Virus record (IMG/VR): IMGVR_UViG_3300015370_000016
Coordinates: 1 to 63,165 of that record
Length of the DNA stretch: 63,165 nt
Strand: one strand, 5' to 3'
DNA from: a virus
Lineage: Duplodnaviria; Caudoviricetes
Numbering within the stretch: position 1 is the first letter of the stretch; each line of letters begins with the position of its first letter. Under the pieces are notes generated by a model that made no database searches, was not told where the DNA came from, and worked only from the letters and a program-made list of their open reading frames with translations. Of this stretch, positions 27,750-37,451 are shown in pieces. A program made the translations under genes and the position numbers.

Positions 27750-29843
27750 TTAATCGTCTGAAGAAACAATTTTCAAGAATAATTTCAATTGTTCCAGATC
27801 TTCAATCTCTTTAAACCTTAGAGGCAATCCAGCTTCTTTTAGTTGTTCTCCTTTTTCACGTGCTGTCTCAGAATCTAATGCTTCTTTCATTTCCTGAATC
27901 TTTTTGTGGTAATCTTCAACAGTTTCTAATCCTTCAAAATTTGCCTTTTTAGCTTCAGTAAATTTCTGAGCTTGTTCTTGACGTACTGTTTCCTCTTGTT
28001 TCTTTTTCTTATCTAATTCTTTTTTCGTTAGTGGCTTTGTATAAGTTCCTTTTGCGCCTTGTTCAAAAGCACTAATGTAATCACGTGCAGTCATGGGAAC
28101 ACGTTCTGGCATATCTTTGAAACGACTTCCTGCATCTACAAATCCATTGGGGCGAAAATAAATGTATCGTGTAGTTGATTCTAACGAATTATCTTTTACG
28201 TTTCTTTCGATATAACAAGAGGCGATAATATCTGCTTTATCTGTGAATAATGCATCATAATCAAATTCGAGATTAGAAGTTAATTGTTGATAACTTTCTT
28301 CCTGTCCCTTTTCCTTAATGTCACGAACCTTCGTATGTCCAACGAAAAACCAAGTATAACCTGCGTTTTCAACTTCCTTGATTTTGTCATTAATCAATTT
28401 ACGAAGCATTTTCTTTCCTGCTCCATATCCACCTAAAGCAGCATTGATAGAAGTAGCTTTTTCGCCTTTTCGTTGATAATGAATTTTCAACACCTTTTCT
28501 TCTGCGATAGCAATTAGTTCATCAACAGTATCAATTGCAATAATCTTGAATTCATTATCTGCTTTATTCAATACTAAGTCATCAACAATATCACAAAAAT
28601 CTTCCCATGTTTGAGCTTCCATAGCATACAAATTATCTAATGCTTTGAAACCAGTTTCATTACCTGGAGCAATCATTAATCCATATTTTGGATCTCCATA
28701 ATATTCAACAATTAAATCTCGAAACAGTGTAGAATTGTGTGTAACAATAAATTCATCTGTAAGATATAATTCAGATTCATCATCTACTTTAATACAGACA
28801 CATTCTTCGTCTCCAACATAAGAAATATCAGAAATGAAACGAGTCAAATTAGGATTATGATTGTGAAACTTCGGTAGATGTTTTTTTGATGTAACTGGAA
28901 TAAAATCGTTGGCTCTAATAACCATATAAAACGATTCTTTTCCTATCCTATGATCTTCGTGAATTGAAGCAAGTCCTCCTAAAGATTGAACCAGCCATTT
29001 TATATCTTCTGCTAACTGATAAGATTTTGTTGAATATCTAATTCCACCAGTTTCACTTACATGACCATCTGTATCCATTAATCCTTGTAATAATTTTAAT
29101 CTAATATCATATGAATTCTGTAAATATATTGTTGGAATAAATTTATCTGGAGATTTTAAACCTAATAGACCTAATTCATTTAAAATAGTTCTAATTGGAT
29201 TTCGATATTCTCCTTCTGGTTTTTTAATTACATAGGCACAATTATTTTCAGAACTTCTTTTAAATCCACATCCATATTTTTCAAAAACAATTTCCTCAAT
29301 TTTTTCTAAAACATCTTCTTCGGTATTAGAAAATCCAACAACTTTGTTGCAAATGTAACCATCTCCTAATAATAATCCTAATAAATAAGGATCTAGTGGA
29401 ATTTCTTGTTCATCAAATTCGACAGAAGCCGCAATTGGAATTTCAAATTTTGGATGACGATAACCATTTTTATCTAAAGAAAAATAATCTTCTTTGATTT
29501 GATTCAAGGTTAAAGTTCTAGCAAATCCTTTTCCTAGAATCTTCATCTTATGAGTTCTTACTGTCCATAAGTGTTCATCGGAACATCGAGTTTTACTTCC
29601 ATCAGAGAATGTAACTTCATAAACAGGTTTTGTTCCTTGTGGAAAAATCCCGATTATTTTAGTTTTGCTTCCATCTACTGTAAAAACAGTATCTCCAACT
29701 TGCAAACTCCCAATTGCAACTTCTCCATCGGGAGTTTGAACTGATGAATATAAGGGTTGGGCTTTACCTACCTTTTTAGTTCCACGTAAATAATGTCGAA
29801 AACTTTCTAATGCAACCTTTGGCTCATTTAAAACATATTTCAT
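27750..29843 (-). CDS. AAA/P-loop ATPase (SPbeta YorG/Sak4-like) with an intein in Walker A
   Basis: GTKKVGK|ST after splicing, IAIDT, GYGAG, GH. Confidence 0.85.
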   Translation of the reverse strand: MKYVLNEPKVALESFRHYLRGTKKVGKAQPLYSSVQTPDGEVAIGSLQVGDTVFTVDGSKTKIIGIFPQGTKPVYEVTFSDGSKTRCSDEHLWTVRTHKMKILGKGFARTLTLNQIKEDYFSLDKNGYRHPKFEIPIAASVEFDEQEIPLDPYLLGLLLGDGYICNKVVGFSNTEEDVLEKIEEIVFEKYGCGFKRSSENNCAYVIKKPEGEYRNPIRTILNELGLLGLKSPDKFIPTIYLQNSYDIRLKLLQGLMDTDGHVSETGGIRYSTKSYQLAEDIKWLVQSLGGLASIHEDHRIGKESFYMVIRANDFIPVTSKKHLPKFHNHNPNLTRFISDISYVGDEECVCIKVDDESELYLTDEFIVTHNSTLFRDLIVEYYGDPKYGLMIAPGNETGFKALDNLYAMEAQTWEDFCDIVDDLVLNKADNEFKIIAIDTVDELIAIAEEKVLKIHYQRKGEKATSINAALGGYGAGKKMLRKLINDKIKEVENAGYTWFFVGHTKVRDIKEKGQEESYQQLTSNLEFDYDALFTDKADIIASCYIERNVKDNSLESTTRYIYFRPNGFVDAGSRFKDMPERVPMTARDYISAFEQGAKGTYTKPLTKKELDKKKKQEETVRQEQAQKFTEAKKANFEGLETVEDYHKKIQEMKEALDSETAREKGEQLKEAGLPLRFKEIEDLEQLKLFLKIVSSDD
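28734..29762 (-). mobile_element. Class 3 (Ala1) intein, 343 aa, with LAGLIDADG endonuclease
   Basis: Starts AQPL; HLWTV (Trp), VCIKV (Cys), THN/S (Thr); LLGLLLGDG and LLQGLMDTDG. Confidence 0.85.
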
Positions 29844-29853
29844 CAATCACTCC

Positions 29854-30069
29854 TTAGTCTTCAAAATCATAGTTTTCTAAAATATCCCGAACAGCATTAC
29901 GAATATCTGAAGGATCATAATGTAGCTTTCTTAAAAGTTCAGCAAAAGTTTCTGTAATCATTTGAATATCTTCAATTTCAGTATCCGGTAAATTTTTTCT
30001 GTCTAACTTTACTGTTACATTGCTGAGTTCATCAACTGCACTCATCTTTACGGTTTTCAATTCTCTCAT
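29854..30069 (-). CDS. Hypothetical protein
   Basis: AGGAG RBS. Confidence 0.6.
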   Translation of the reverse strand: MRELKTVKMSAVDELSNVTVKLDRKNLPDTEIEDIQMITETFAELLRKLHYDPSDIRNAVRDILENYDFED

Positions 30070-30088
30070 AAAATCTCCTGTTTTATTT

Positions 30089-30116
30089 TAGGTGGAATAT
30101 ATTTCAATTCCACCTA
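30089..30116. other. Intergenic stem-loop
   Basis: TAGGTGGAAT/ATTCCACCTA; no U-tract on the coding strand. Confidence 0.55.
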
Positions 30117-30129
30117 TTTTTAATAATAA

Positions 30130-31182
30130 TTACCAGCCAGTTTCTTCCTCATCTTCGATAGGAGTAGTGTCACCCCATTCGGTAGTTCCAGTAGTAGAAG
30201 TATTCTGTGTTTTGAACCCTTCTTTTTCTGATTGTGCTTTCTTCATTGCTTGAAGTGCGTTATCCATTTTGGCTTCACTATAATCTTCACGATTCATAGA
30301 TTTGGGATCTGCACCTGTAATAACAAATAATTTTTTATAAGGGGAACGAACAGATTCCATAGTATTACTTGAACCCCAAACATCTTCAGATGCAACTTCT
30401 TCTTTATTGCGTTCAGTTTCCAAATTGCCCCATGTTTTAATGAATGTATAGGGTTTCAATGTTTTGAAATTCTTTCCCAATGCAGAATCTCGAATGAAGA
30501 ATTCAGATTGTTCAATGGAGTTATAATTTACAATACTTCCATGAACATTTGCGCCAAGAATTTCCTCACCATCTTTCACCATTTCCATATCCATAAAGAC
30601 AAATGTTTGAGTAAAATCTGATTGAACTTCAAAATCTTCTTCTTCAAAATCAACATCTTTACATAAGGAAATTTGGTTAGGAACAAGTTTAACACTTCGT
30701 TGTAGTTCACCATTATTGTTGTTGAAACTAGAATATTCTAATTTCCCACGAACAAATACTGACATTCCATCTTTTAAGTGTTCGTTGATATATCCACAGG
30801 CATCAAAAGGAACAAGATTTTTTTTATCGTTTACATCATTCCCTTTTTCGTCTTTGGTTTTTTCAAGACCTAAGTTCATTCCGATTAAACGATATCCTTC
30901 TTTTCGGAAAGAATTACGAGATTTCCAATCCTGACTAATCGTTTTCTTATCGTCTTTTGAGTAGAAATATACTTTTTCTTGAGTCATTCCATTGATCGAT
31001 AAATAATGAACCCAATCCTTTGAAACCTGAACACCGAAATTGATCATGCGAAATGGTCTACCATTTTTATCGTTCTTTTCCTGATAAAAAGTTGGTTTTG
31101 CCACTCCAGTAATCACACCCTTTAAGGCAAATGATCCATCGGTTTGTTCTAAATCACCAAAACTTTCGTGCGTTTTTGCCAT
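30130..31182 (-). CDS. Putative ssDNA-binding (OB-fold) protein, SPbeta YorF position
   Basis: L.DGMSVFVRG.LEYS; acidic C-terminal tail ending in Trp; synteny. Confidence 0.6.
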   Translation of the reverse strand: MAKTHESFGDLEQTDGSFALKGVITGVAKPTFYQEKNDKNGRPFRMINFGVQVSKDWVHYLSINGMTQEKVYFYSKDDKKTISQDWKSRNSFRKEGYRLIGMNLGLEKTKDEKGNDVNDKKNLVPFDACGYINEHLKDGMSVFVRGKLEYSSFNNNNGELQRSVKLVPNQISLCKDVDFEEEDFEVQSDFTQTFVFMDMEMVKDGEEILGANVHGSIVNYNSIEQSEFFIRDSALGKNFKTLKPYTFIKTWGNLETERNKEEVASEDVWGSSNTMESVRSPYKKLFVITGADPKSMNREDYSEAKMDNALQAMKKAQSEKEGFKTQNTSTTGTTEWGDTTPIEDEEETGW

Positions 31183-31270
31183 GCAATTTCTCCTTTAATT
31201 TAATAAAATTTTTAATAATAAGTAAACTTAATAAAACAATAATTTTATTTATTATGTCAAATCATCCTCC

Positions 31271-32260
31271 TTATTCATTATTAAAAATAATTCTTGAACC
31301 ATATTTGTCAAACCTAAACGGGACATGTTTAACTCGTAACATATGATGTTTCATAAATCTAAGCAGATTTTCTTTACTTTCATAATCCTTTGTAAAAAAT
31401 AATAAAAATCCATTTCCTCCAGCACCTAAAAGTTTACCACCACTTGATCCATTTTGCAAGGCTTTTTCATAAACATGATCAATCTCAGCATTACTAACAT
31501 TAGAGGCAAGAGTCTTTTTTAATCTCCATGATTCATCTAACATTTCACCAATTGGATAAACATTTCCCTTAGATAATTCATCATAAGCACTATCACAAAT
31601 ATTATACATTTGTCTTAGTGTATCATTATTTTTTTCAATATTCCTGCTTTGTTCTAATAATATATCCGAAGAATTTCTTTGACCTCCAAAATAAAACAAC
31701 GTTAAAGAATTTTCTAATTGATCAATTGTGCTTTCTTTGAATTTATATATAAAATTATACGGCTTCTGATATTGAAAACTAAAATGTATATTCTGAAAAC
31801 CACCTTTAGCAACAATGATTTGATCTTGATATCCAATAGGTTTATTTAATCTATTTACTTCAATATTTATAGCCCAATCAATCAAATGAGAAACATCAAA
31901 TTCTGTATTAGAATATGTTGCTAAAGCATTCAACATTCCTACAAGAATAGAACTACTTGTTGCTAATCCTACCCCACCTGGAACATCTGAGATTGTCGAC
32001 ATTTCTATTCCAGAAACACTAAACATTTTAATAACTTCTCTTGCTAGTTCATGATCCAATTCAAAAACATAATTTACAAGTTCAGTTTTAGAGTATCCCA
32101 ATCTGATTCTTTCATCAAAAGGTCTTTTATTTAAAATTACATAAGTATACTTGTCAATGGTAGTTGATAAAACTTGACCAGGATTGTCTTTGAAATAATC
32201 TGGAAAATCTGTTCCACCACCAAAGAGGCTTATTCTAAGTGGAGTTTTTGCTATAATCAA
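31271..32260 (-). CDS. hddA: GHMP kinase, D-glycero-alpha-D-manno-heptose-7-phosphate kinase-like
   Basis: KTPLRISLFGGGTD, PGGVGLATSS, GYQDQ, GGKLLGAGGNGF. Confidence 0.85.
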   Translation of the reverse strand: MIIAKTPLRISLFGGGTDFPDYFKDNPGQVLSTTIDKYTYVILNKRPFDERIRLGYSKTELVNYVFELDHELAREVIKMFSVSGIEMSTISDVPGGVGLATSSSILVGMLNALATYSNTEFDVSHLIDWAINIEVNRLNKPIGYQDQIIVAKGGFQNIHFSFQYQKPYNFIYKFKESTIDQLENSLTLFYFGGQRNSSDILLEQSRNIEKNNDTLRQMYNICDSAYDELSKGNVYPIGEMLDESWRLKKTLASNVSNAEIDHVYEKALQNGSSGGKLLGAGGNGFLLFFTKDYESKENLLRFMKHHMLRVKHVPFRFDKYGSRIIFNNE

Positions 32261-32286
32261 TTTATTCTCCTTTTTTATATAAGATT

Positions 32287-32315
32287 AGTTTACTACGTTT
32301 GAAGAAAAAAGTCAA
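32287..32315 (-). promoter_or_regulatory. Sigma70-type promoter upstream of hddA
   Basis: TTGACT-N17-TAAACT. Confidence 0.55.
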
Positions 32316-32329
32316 GGATTTAATCTAAT

Positions 32330-32857
32330 CTAAATTGATTTTGATAATTCATCAACCAAATAATGTAAAATCAAAGAATGAAAACCTTCTCCAACATAAA
32401 TATTACTTGTTTGAATGTTTATATTTAAGTTAGATTTTTCTCTTAATTCTCCACCATCGTTGCCCGTAAAACTTAAAACAGGTAATTTTTTAATATATCG
32501 AACATAATCTGCTGATCTAATTATATTTTCAGAATTGCCAGAAAAACTAATTGCTACAAATAAAAATCTTTCTTTTATTCTATCTAATTGTTGAACAAAA
32601 ACATCTTCGTGTCCAAGGTCGTTAGATATTGCAGAATATAATCCCCAATTATCATTGAGCGATTTAGCGTTTGCATAACAGGCTTTTGTTAAATCCTGTA
32701 CAAAATGACTTCCTGTATAACCTGATCCACCATTACCAGCAACAACAATTAAAATATTGTTTTTTATACAATATTCTAGTCCTTTGAGTGCTTTATCAAT
32801 TGGATCACAATCAATTGCTAATGTAAAGTTCTTTTGCGAATATTCATGAAAATTCAT
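32330..32857 (-). CDS. gmhA: Phosphoheptose isomerase (SIS domain)
   Basis: GNGGS, SH...DL, AISND...VF..Q, IS.SGNS.N, E..H. Confidence 0.85.
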   Translation of the reverse strand: MNFHEYSQKNFTLAIDCDPIDKALKGLEYCIKNNILIVVAGNGGSGYTGSHFVQDLTKACYANAKSLNDNWGLYSAISNDLGHEDVFVQQLDRIKERFLFVAISFSGNSENIIRSADYVRYIKKLPVLSFTGNDGGELREKSNLNINIQTSNIYVGEGFHSLILHYLVDELSKSI

Positions 32858-32862
32858 TTGTT

Positions 32863-33312
32863 TTACCTCATTTCCAATATAGTTTTTCCGTGATGTTCAA
32901 CGGAGTTAATTGGTTTTATAAACTGTATAATTGTTTTTATAATTATTTCTATCTTTTCTACAAAAGGCTGAGAAACAGATTGATGTTCGCTCTTATAATC
33001 AGATGAATAATAAGCCATAGGGACTTGTACAGGAGTAGGGTAAATGGGATCGGAAGGTATGGGAACGGGATATCCACCAATTTCAATAGGCTCAGGAGCA
33101 GGATAGCCGTTGTTTTCCGTAGGCATTGGAATAGGATATCCTTCAATTGTAGGTGTAACAATGGGATAACCCCAATCAAATGTAGGAGATGGTTCTGCAC
33201 CATATACCACAGTTATATCTTTTGACATCATTATTATACTAAAAACAAAAATTGAAACAAAAAATATTATTCCACCAATAAACAATAAAAATCTTACATT
33301 AGATGCTTTCAT
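32863..33312 (-). CDS. Membrane-anchored Pro/Thr-rich protein with GYP repeats
   Basis: N-terminal TM helix; four GYP units; start MKAS after AAAGGAG. Confidence 0.65.
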   Translation of the reverse strand: MKASNVRFLLFIGGIIFFVSIFVFSIIMMSKDITVVYGAEPSPTFDWGYPIVTPTIEGYPIPMPTENNGYPAPEPIEIGGYPVPIPSDPIYPTPVQVPMAYYSSDYKSEHQSVSQPFVEKIEIIIKTIIQFIKPINSVEHHGKTILEMR

Positions 33313-33322
33313 TTTTTCTCCT

Positions 33323-34123
33323 TTATATATTGATTTCAAAATTATGTTTTACTCCTACTATCATATCATAATGTCTTTCTTTTAGCAACTGCATGTTTTT
33401 TTGTTCAGACCAATGAACAAAATTACTTACCTCAATACTTTTTCTTGTTCCACCCCATTCTAAGGGAGAATTATACTCTATTAAATAAGATCCGCATAGA
33501 TAACCTTTTTCTTTATAGGCACGTAAAAACAAGTCGGTATCATCCTGGCAAATTGGAGCAAAATCTTCATCTAAGTAATTTAACTCTTTTAATTTTTCAT
33601 GATTAAATAAAATGGGAGCACGATTAATGATATCACGGACATAAAATTTATTTCTTTCCTTTAAGAAAGGAAATTTAGCGTCTCTTCCAGCTAAATCTCC
33701 AAATTCAATTTCTTCTTTAGTGTTTAAATATACATTAGCTGAATCTCTTCCCGTAACCCCTAAAAGATTATTCATTTTTAAAAATGGTTTCATTAATCTT
33801 TGATCAAAGTCTTTTTCTATAATTTCTATATCATCTTGAATATTGATAATCCAGGGATATACAGACTGTTTGAATCCAATATTACAAGATTTTACCTCAA
33901 AGATATTTGGAGTAACAAAAACTTTTACATCAAATCTATTGTTTTTATTGTTTTCTTCTAAAAACTGTATGGTTTTTGATTGAGTATTGTCGGTACATCC
34001 ATCTAAAATTATAATTAATTCTTTAACATTCTCTGAAGAATTTTTATAAATTCCTGTTAGAATTCTATCAATAATTGATTCTTGATTGTGTACAGGCATT
34101 ACAATAGATATGTCTTGATCCAT
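33323..34123 (-). CDS. Glycosyltransferase family 2
   Basis: ISIVMPVHN, DGCTD, QDD, DD.D. Confidence 0.85.
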   Translation of the reverse strand: MDQDISIVMPVHNQESIIDRILTGIYKNSSENVKELIIILDGCTDNTQSKTIQFLEENNKNNRFDVKVFVTPNIFEVKSCNIGFKQSVYPWIINIQDDIEIIEKDFDQRLMKPFLKMNNLLGVTGRDSANVYLNTKEEIEFGDLAGRDAKFPFLKERNKFYVRDIINRAPILFNHEKLKELNYLDEDFAPICQDDTDLFLRAYKEKGYLCGSYLIEYNSPLEWGGTRKSIEVSNFVHWSEQKNMQLLKERHYDMIVGVKHNFEINI

Positions 34124-34124
34124 A

Positions 34125-34751
34125 TTACGCTTTCTCAAAAACAATTACCGATTTATAGAAATGATATGAATAAATATCCCTAATTGGAATAGGCATTAAA
34201 TTTCTTAATTGATAAAAGTTTCCATTTGTATTTCCTAAAAGTGGAAGTTGTTGATTGAAAACTAAATTTAAAGCCCAATTATATATTACATCTTTTCCTT
34301 CGGTATATTTTTGTTCAAAATTACAATGGGTATCTTCGATAAAATATAAACCACCTCTTACTAAATGAGAAAACCCTAAATTGAATGTTTCAATTTGACT
34401 TTGGGGTTTGTGATCGCCATCATCTATAATAACATCAAATCCATAAGGAATATTAGCCCATGATTCATGCTTAGTTGAATCACCTTTATGAATTGTTAAA
34501 TTTGGAGCAGAAATTTGAGGACTATTCCAGACTTCAATGTGTTCTTTATCAAAATATTCCATAATGTGAATATTAGAATCAGGAAGTGCCTCTGACCACA
34601 TTAAAGCTGAAGCACCAGATCCTAATCCAATTTCTAATAAATTATTAATGTTTCTACCAGACAATAATTCTTCATACATTTTTACATAATTATGATCTTG
34701 TTCTCGTTTATCTGTTCCATATTTGTTTGCTAAATCATATAATGTTTTCAA
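34125..34751 (-). CDS. Class I SAM-dependent methyltransferase (sugar O-methyltransferase-like)
   Basis: TDK..HNY, LLEIG..SGAS, DVIIDDGDH, GG.Y.IED. Confidence 0.8.
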   Translation of the reverse strand: MKTLYDLANKYGTDKREQDHNYVKMYEELLSGRNINNLLEIGLGSGASALMWSEALPDSNIHIMEYFDKEHIEVWNSPQISAPNLTIHKGDSTKHESWANIPYGFDVIIDDGDHKPQSQIETFNLGFSHLVRGGLYFIEDTHCNFEQKYTEGKDVIYNWALNLVFNQQLPLLGNTNGNFYQLRNLMPIPIRDIYSYHFYKSVIVFEKA

Positions 34752-34760
34752 TAAGTTCTC

Positions 34761-35510
34761 CTATTTAAAATTAGTATATTTATGTTTATTCTCTAATCCT
34801 GTCATACCTTGTTCAAAATAATTATAAACAATATATCCATGAGGAGCAGGGCTAACATATTCCATTCCAATACCTTTCAATCCATATTTATAAAATAAAT
34901 TTGTAAGAATGGATTGGTCTGTACGATGATCAATGAAACCAGGATCATTTTCTTCTTTTGGATTTCTATCTTTTAGAATTGCATCAGGAGTAAGACACCA
35001 CTGCAACCATTCTTCAAGTAGCGCAATATTCTTTTCATTCTTTACTAGGGCAATTGTACCTGCTTCCAATTGTTTTTGATTATAATAAAACGGATCATCA
35101 CAACCCATTATTTGCTGACATTTTTTAGTAGTCCAATCACCATGTCTATAATAATTAATGTTAAAGAATGCTCCATCTAATTCTGTTTTTACTAGATGTT
35201 CAACCCAATTATAAAATCCATCATTATAAACATAATCTGTTACATCTAAATAAAACAACAAATCTCCATCTTTAATGTGAGGCATTGTTTGTAACATGAG
35301 AAATGCCTTCCAGGAACAATAACCGTGACCAGTATTTGAGTTTTCTAAAATATATCTGGCATTTGGTAAATCATAAAATTTCGCATCTTCTAACCATTTA
35401 TCATTGTAGTTAAATATAGTCTTAAAATGTTTTTCCATTAATTCATTTTGGTGAATCATCACCATTTCATACTGTGTACCTTTAGCAAACAAACATAAAT
35501 ATTTATCCAA
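34761..35510 (-). CDS. Putative GT-A glycosyltransferase
   Basis: G.GY..WK, FYLD, HR.DQSIL pattern of phage/viral GTs. Confidence 0.65.
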   Translation of the reverse strand: MDKYLCLFAKGTQYEMVMIHQNELMEKHFKTIFNYNDKWLEDAKFYDLPNARYILENSNTGHGYCSWKAFLMLQTMPHIKDGDLLFYLDVTDYVYNDGFYNWVEHLVKTELDGAFFNINYYRHGDWTTKKCQQIMGCDDPFYYNQKQLEAGTIALVKNEKNIALLEEWLQWCLTPDAILKDRNPKEENDPGFIDHRTDQSILTNLFYKYGLKGIGMEYVSPAPHGYIVYNYFEQGMTGLENKHKYTNFK

Positions 35511-35514
35511 TTAA

Positions 35515-35820
35515 TTAATCCTCCAAATCTTCGTTAAAATTTTTAAATTTAATTAACATGTATAGTCCTAGTTTTTGTAAAAGATTTTCTAAAATCCCAA
35601 ATGTAATATTTTCACAATCACCATCTTCTATCTTTTTTAATTTCCTCAATGGAATTTTATATTTTTTAGCAAATCCTTTTTGAGTTAATTTTTGATTTTT
35701 TCTAGCACGATAAACTGCAATTGATATATCTACATGATAATATATTTTCTTATATTCAACATTAAATTCTGGATCTTTTAATGCTTCTTTAAGTGCTTCT
35801 TCGTGTGAAATTAATTTCAT
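35515..35820 (-). CDS. XRE-family HTH regulator
   Basis: AR....LTQ..FA...I....L.KIE.G...NIT. Confidence 0.75.
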   Translation of the reverse strand: MKLISHEEALKEALKDPEFNVEYKKIYYHVDISIAVYRARKNQKLTQKGFAKKYKIPLRKLKKIEDGDCENITFGILENLLQKLGLYMLIKFKNFNEDLED

Positions 35821-35847
35821 ATTATCCCTTTAAATAAAACCTAGATT

Positions 35848-36150
35848 TTATTCCTGATCTTTCAAATATTTTTCACGAATAAACCCAATCATAGCTTCAC
35901 CAGCCATTTTCAACCAGGGAAATGAGACATCCTTATTCAGACTCCAATTGATGAATTTGTCATGCATCCAATTAAAGGCTCTTTCTTCTTGTGTAAGACC
36001 TTCCCAAACCAGACTACGTTCTTTCCAGGTATCACCCCAACGTTCATTGTCTTTATAAATTTGATTTTCTAATTCTATAAAAAATTCAGGCAAATATTCT
36101 GGAAGAGACTTATTCAATATTTCAAAATTTTTATTGTCAGACATTTTCAA
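35848..36150 (-). CDS. Hypothetical protein
   Basis: Packed ORF. Confidence 0.6.
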   Translation of the reverse strand: MKMSDNKNFEILNKSLPEYLPEFFIELENQIYKDNERWGDTWKERSLVWEGLTQEERAFNWMHDKFINWSLNKDVSFPWLKMAGEAMIGFIREKYLKDQE

Positions 36151-36159
36151 TCCTTTCTC

Positions 36160-36453
36160 TTAGTCAAATGACATAACGTCAATCCAACTTAAAATTTCTT
36201 CTAAATTATTTTCAATAATTGCCATTATAACACAAATAATTTTTATTTCGTCAAATCCTAAGCGAGCTTCTGAACCACCATATCCTTCAAAATCAATATA
36301 TGGATGATAATTATAATTGTATTTATTTAAGTAAATTCCAATTTCTTTTTCAAACAGGTAAAAGGCTATTTCGTCATCATATAGTTTAATTGATATGTTT
36401 TTATCTTCACCCATTACGTCTCGTATTTCTTTGATAATTTTTTTCATTCCCAT
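36160..36453 (-). CDS. Hypothetical protein
   Basis: AAAGGAG RBS. Confidence 0.6.
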   Translation of the reverse strand: MGMKKIIKEIRDVMGEDKNISIKLYDDEIAFYLFEKEIGIYLNKYNYNYHPYIDFEGYGGSEARLGFDEIKIICVIMAIIENNLEEILSWIDVMSFD

Positions 36454-36486
36454 AATTTATTTTCTCCTTTCAGCTAAATAAAAACA

Positions 36487-37377
36487 TTAAGATAAAATAG
36501 ATTGATTTCTCATTGCTTCTGATACACGATTTTTATGTATGTGAGCATAAATTCTTTGAGTTGTTTGAATATCAGAATGACCTAAACTTTCCTGAGCAGT
36601 TTTCATATTTTCACCATTACTCAATAAATTTGTTGCAAAAGTATGTCTGGTAGAATGGACGTGCAGTTCTTCAATTCTTTCTTTTGGAAATCCAGCACGT
36701 TCTAAAATAGAGTTGAATTTATATCTAATTCCTTCACCAGAAAACTTTTTTCCCCAATTAGACACGAATAAATATTCATTATCGGGATGTTTTTTGATTC
36801 TTTGCTTTAAGTATTTGACTAAATACACTAAAACATCATCTGGAATATAAATATCTCTTGTTTTACCACGTTTTACAATTACATTATGAATCGTATATCC
36901 ATCTAATTGATCTAATTTTATGTTGATCAATTCTGTTCTTCTCAATCCAGTTGTAAAATAAATTCCAAACATTGCAAATTCTTCATTGGTTTTACAATTT
37001 TGAAAAAAACTTTTTACCTCTTCTTCGCTAAAGAAAGTCCTATTGATTTCATTTGCTTTTAAGTTTTTTACTTTAACCAAAGGAGATTTTTCAATTTTTT
37101 CTTCACCGACTAACCAGTTAAAAAAAACTTTTAAAAACAAGAAATAAGTATTGATTGAATTATGAGAAAGTCCCTGGTTTTTTAGATGTTGTTGATATTC
37201 CCTTCCTTTTAACGCTGAAATATAAAATAAATCTTCATTAGATTGAATATTTAAAAAGTCGAAAAATCTATCAATAGCACTCAGATAACTCTGAATTGTT
37301 TTTTCATCTTTATCTAAAGACAAAACCAATGAATATTCTTTGACAAAATTTAAGTGATTATATTTTGATGTATACAT
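36487..37377 (-). CDS. XerC/D-like tyrosine recombinase
   Basis: N-terminal T..SY core-binding domain; intact R (TGLR), K, HSTRH, LGH and Y residues. Confidence 0.92.
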   Translation of the reverse strand: MYTSKYNHLNFVKEYSLVLSLDKDEKTIQSYLSAIDRFFDFLNIQSNEDLFYISALKGREYQQHLKNQGLSHNSINTYFLFLKVFFNWLVGEEKIEKSPLVKVKNLKANEINRTFFSEEEVKSFFQNCKTNEEFAMFGIYFTTGLRRTELINIKLDQLDGYTIHNVIVKRGKTRDIYIPDDVLVYLVKYLKQRIKKHPDNEYLFVSNWGKKFSGEGIRYKFNSILERAGFPKERIEELHVHSTRHTFATNLLSNGENMKTAQESLGHSDIQTTQRIYAHIHKNRVSEAMRNQSILS

Positions 37378-37406
37378 TTTATCTCCTTTTTTCTTTATTT
37401 ATAATG

Positions 37407-37435
37407 ATTTTATCAGAAAGAATATCCATTGTCAA
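37407..37435 (-). promoter_or_regulatory. Promoter of the recombinase gene
   Basis: TTGACA-N17-TAAAAT with extended TG. Confidence 0.75.
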
Positions 37436-37451
37436 GTACCAATTTTTATAA

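Noticed and set aside
36487-37377. Prophage boundary or att site at the recombinase
   Set aside because: Phage-type genes with the same composition and orientation continue on both sides, with no host DNA junction.
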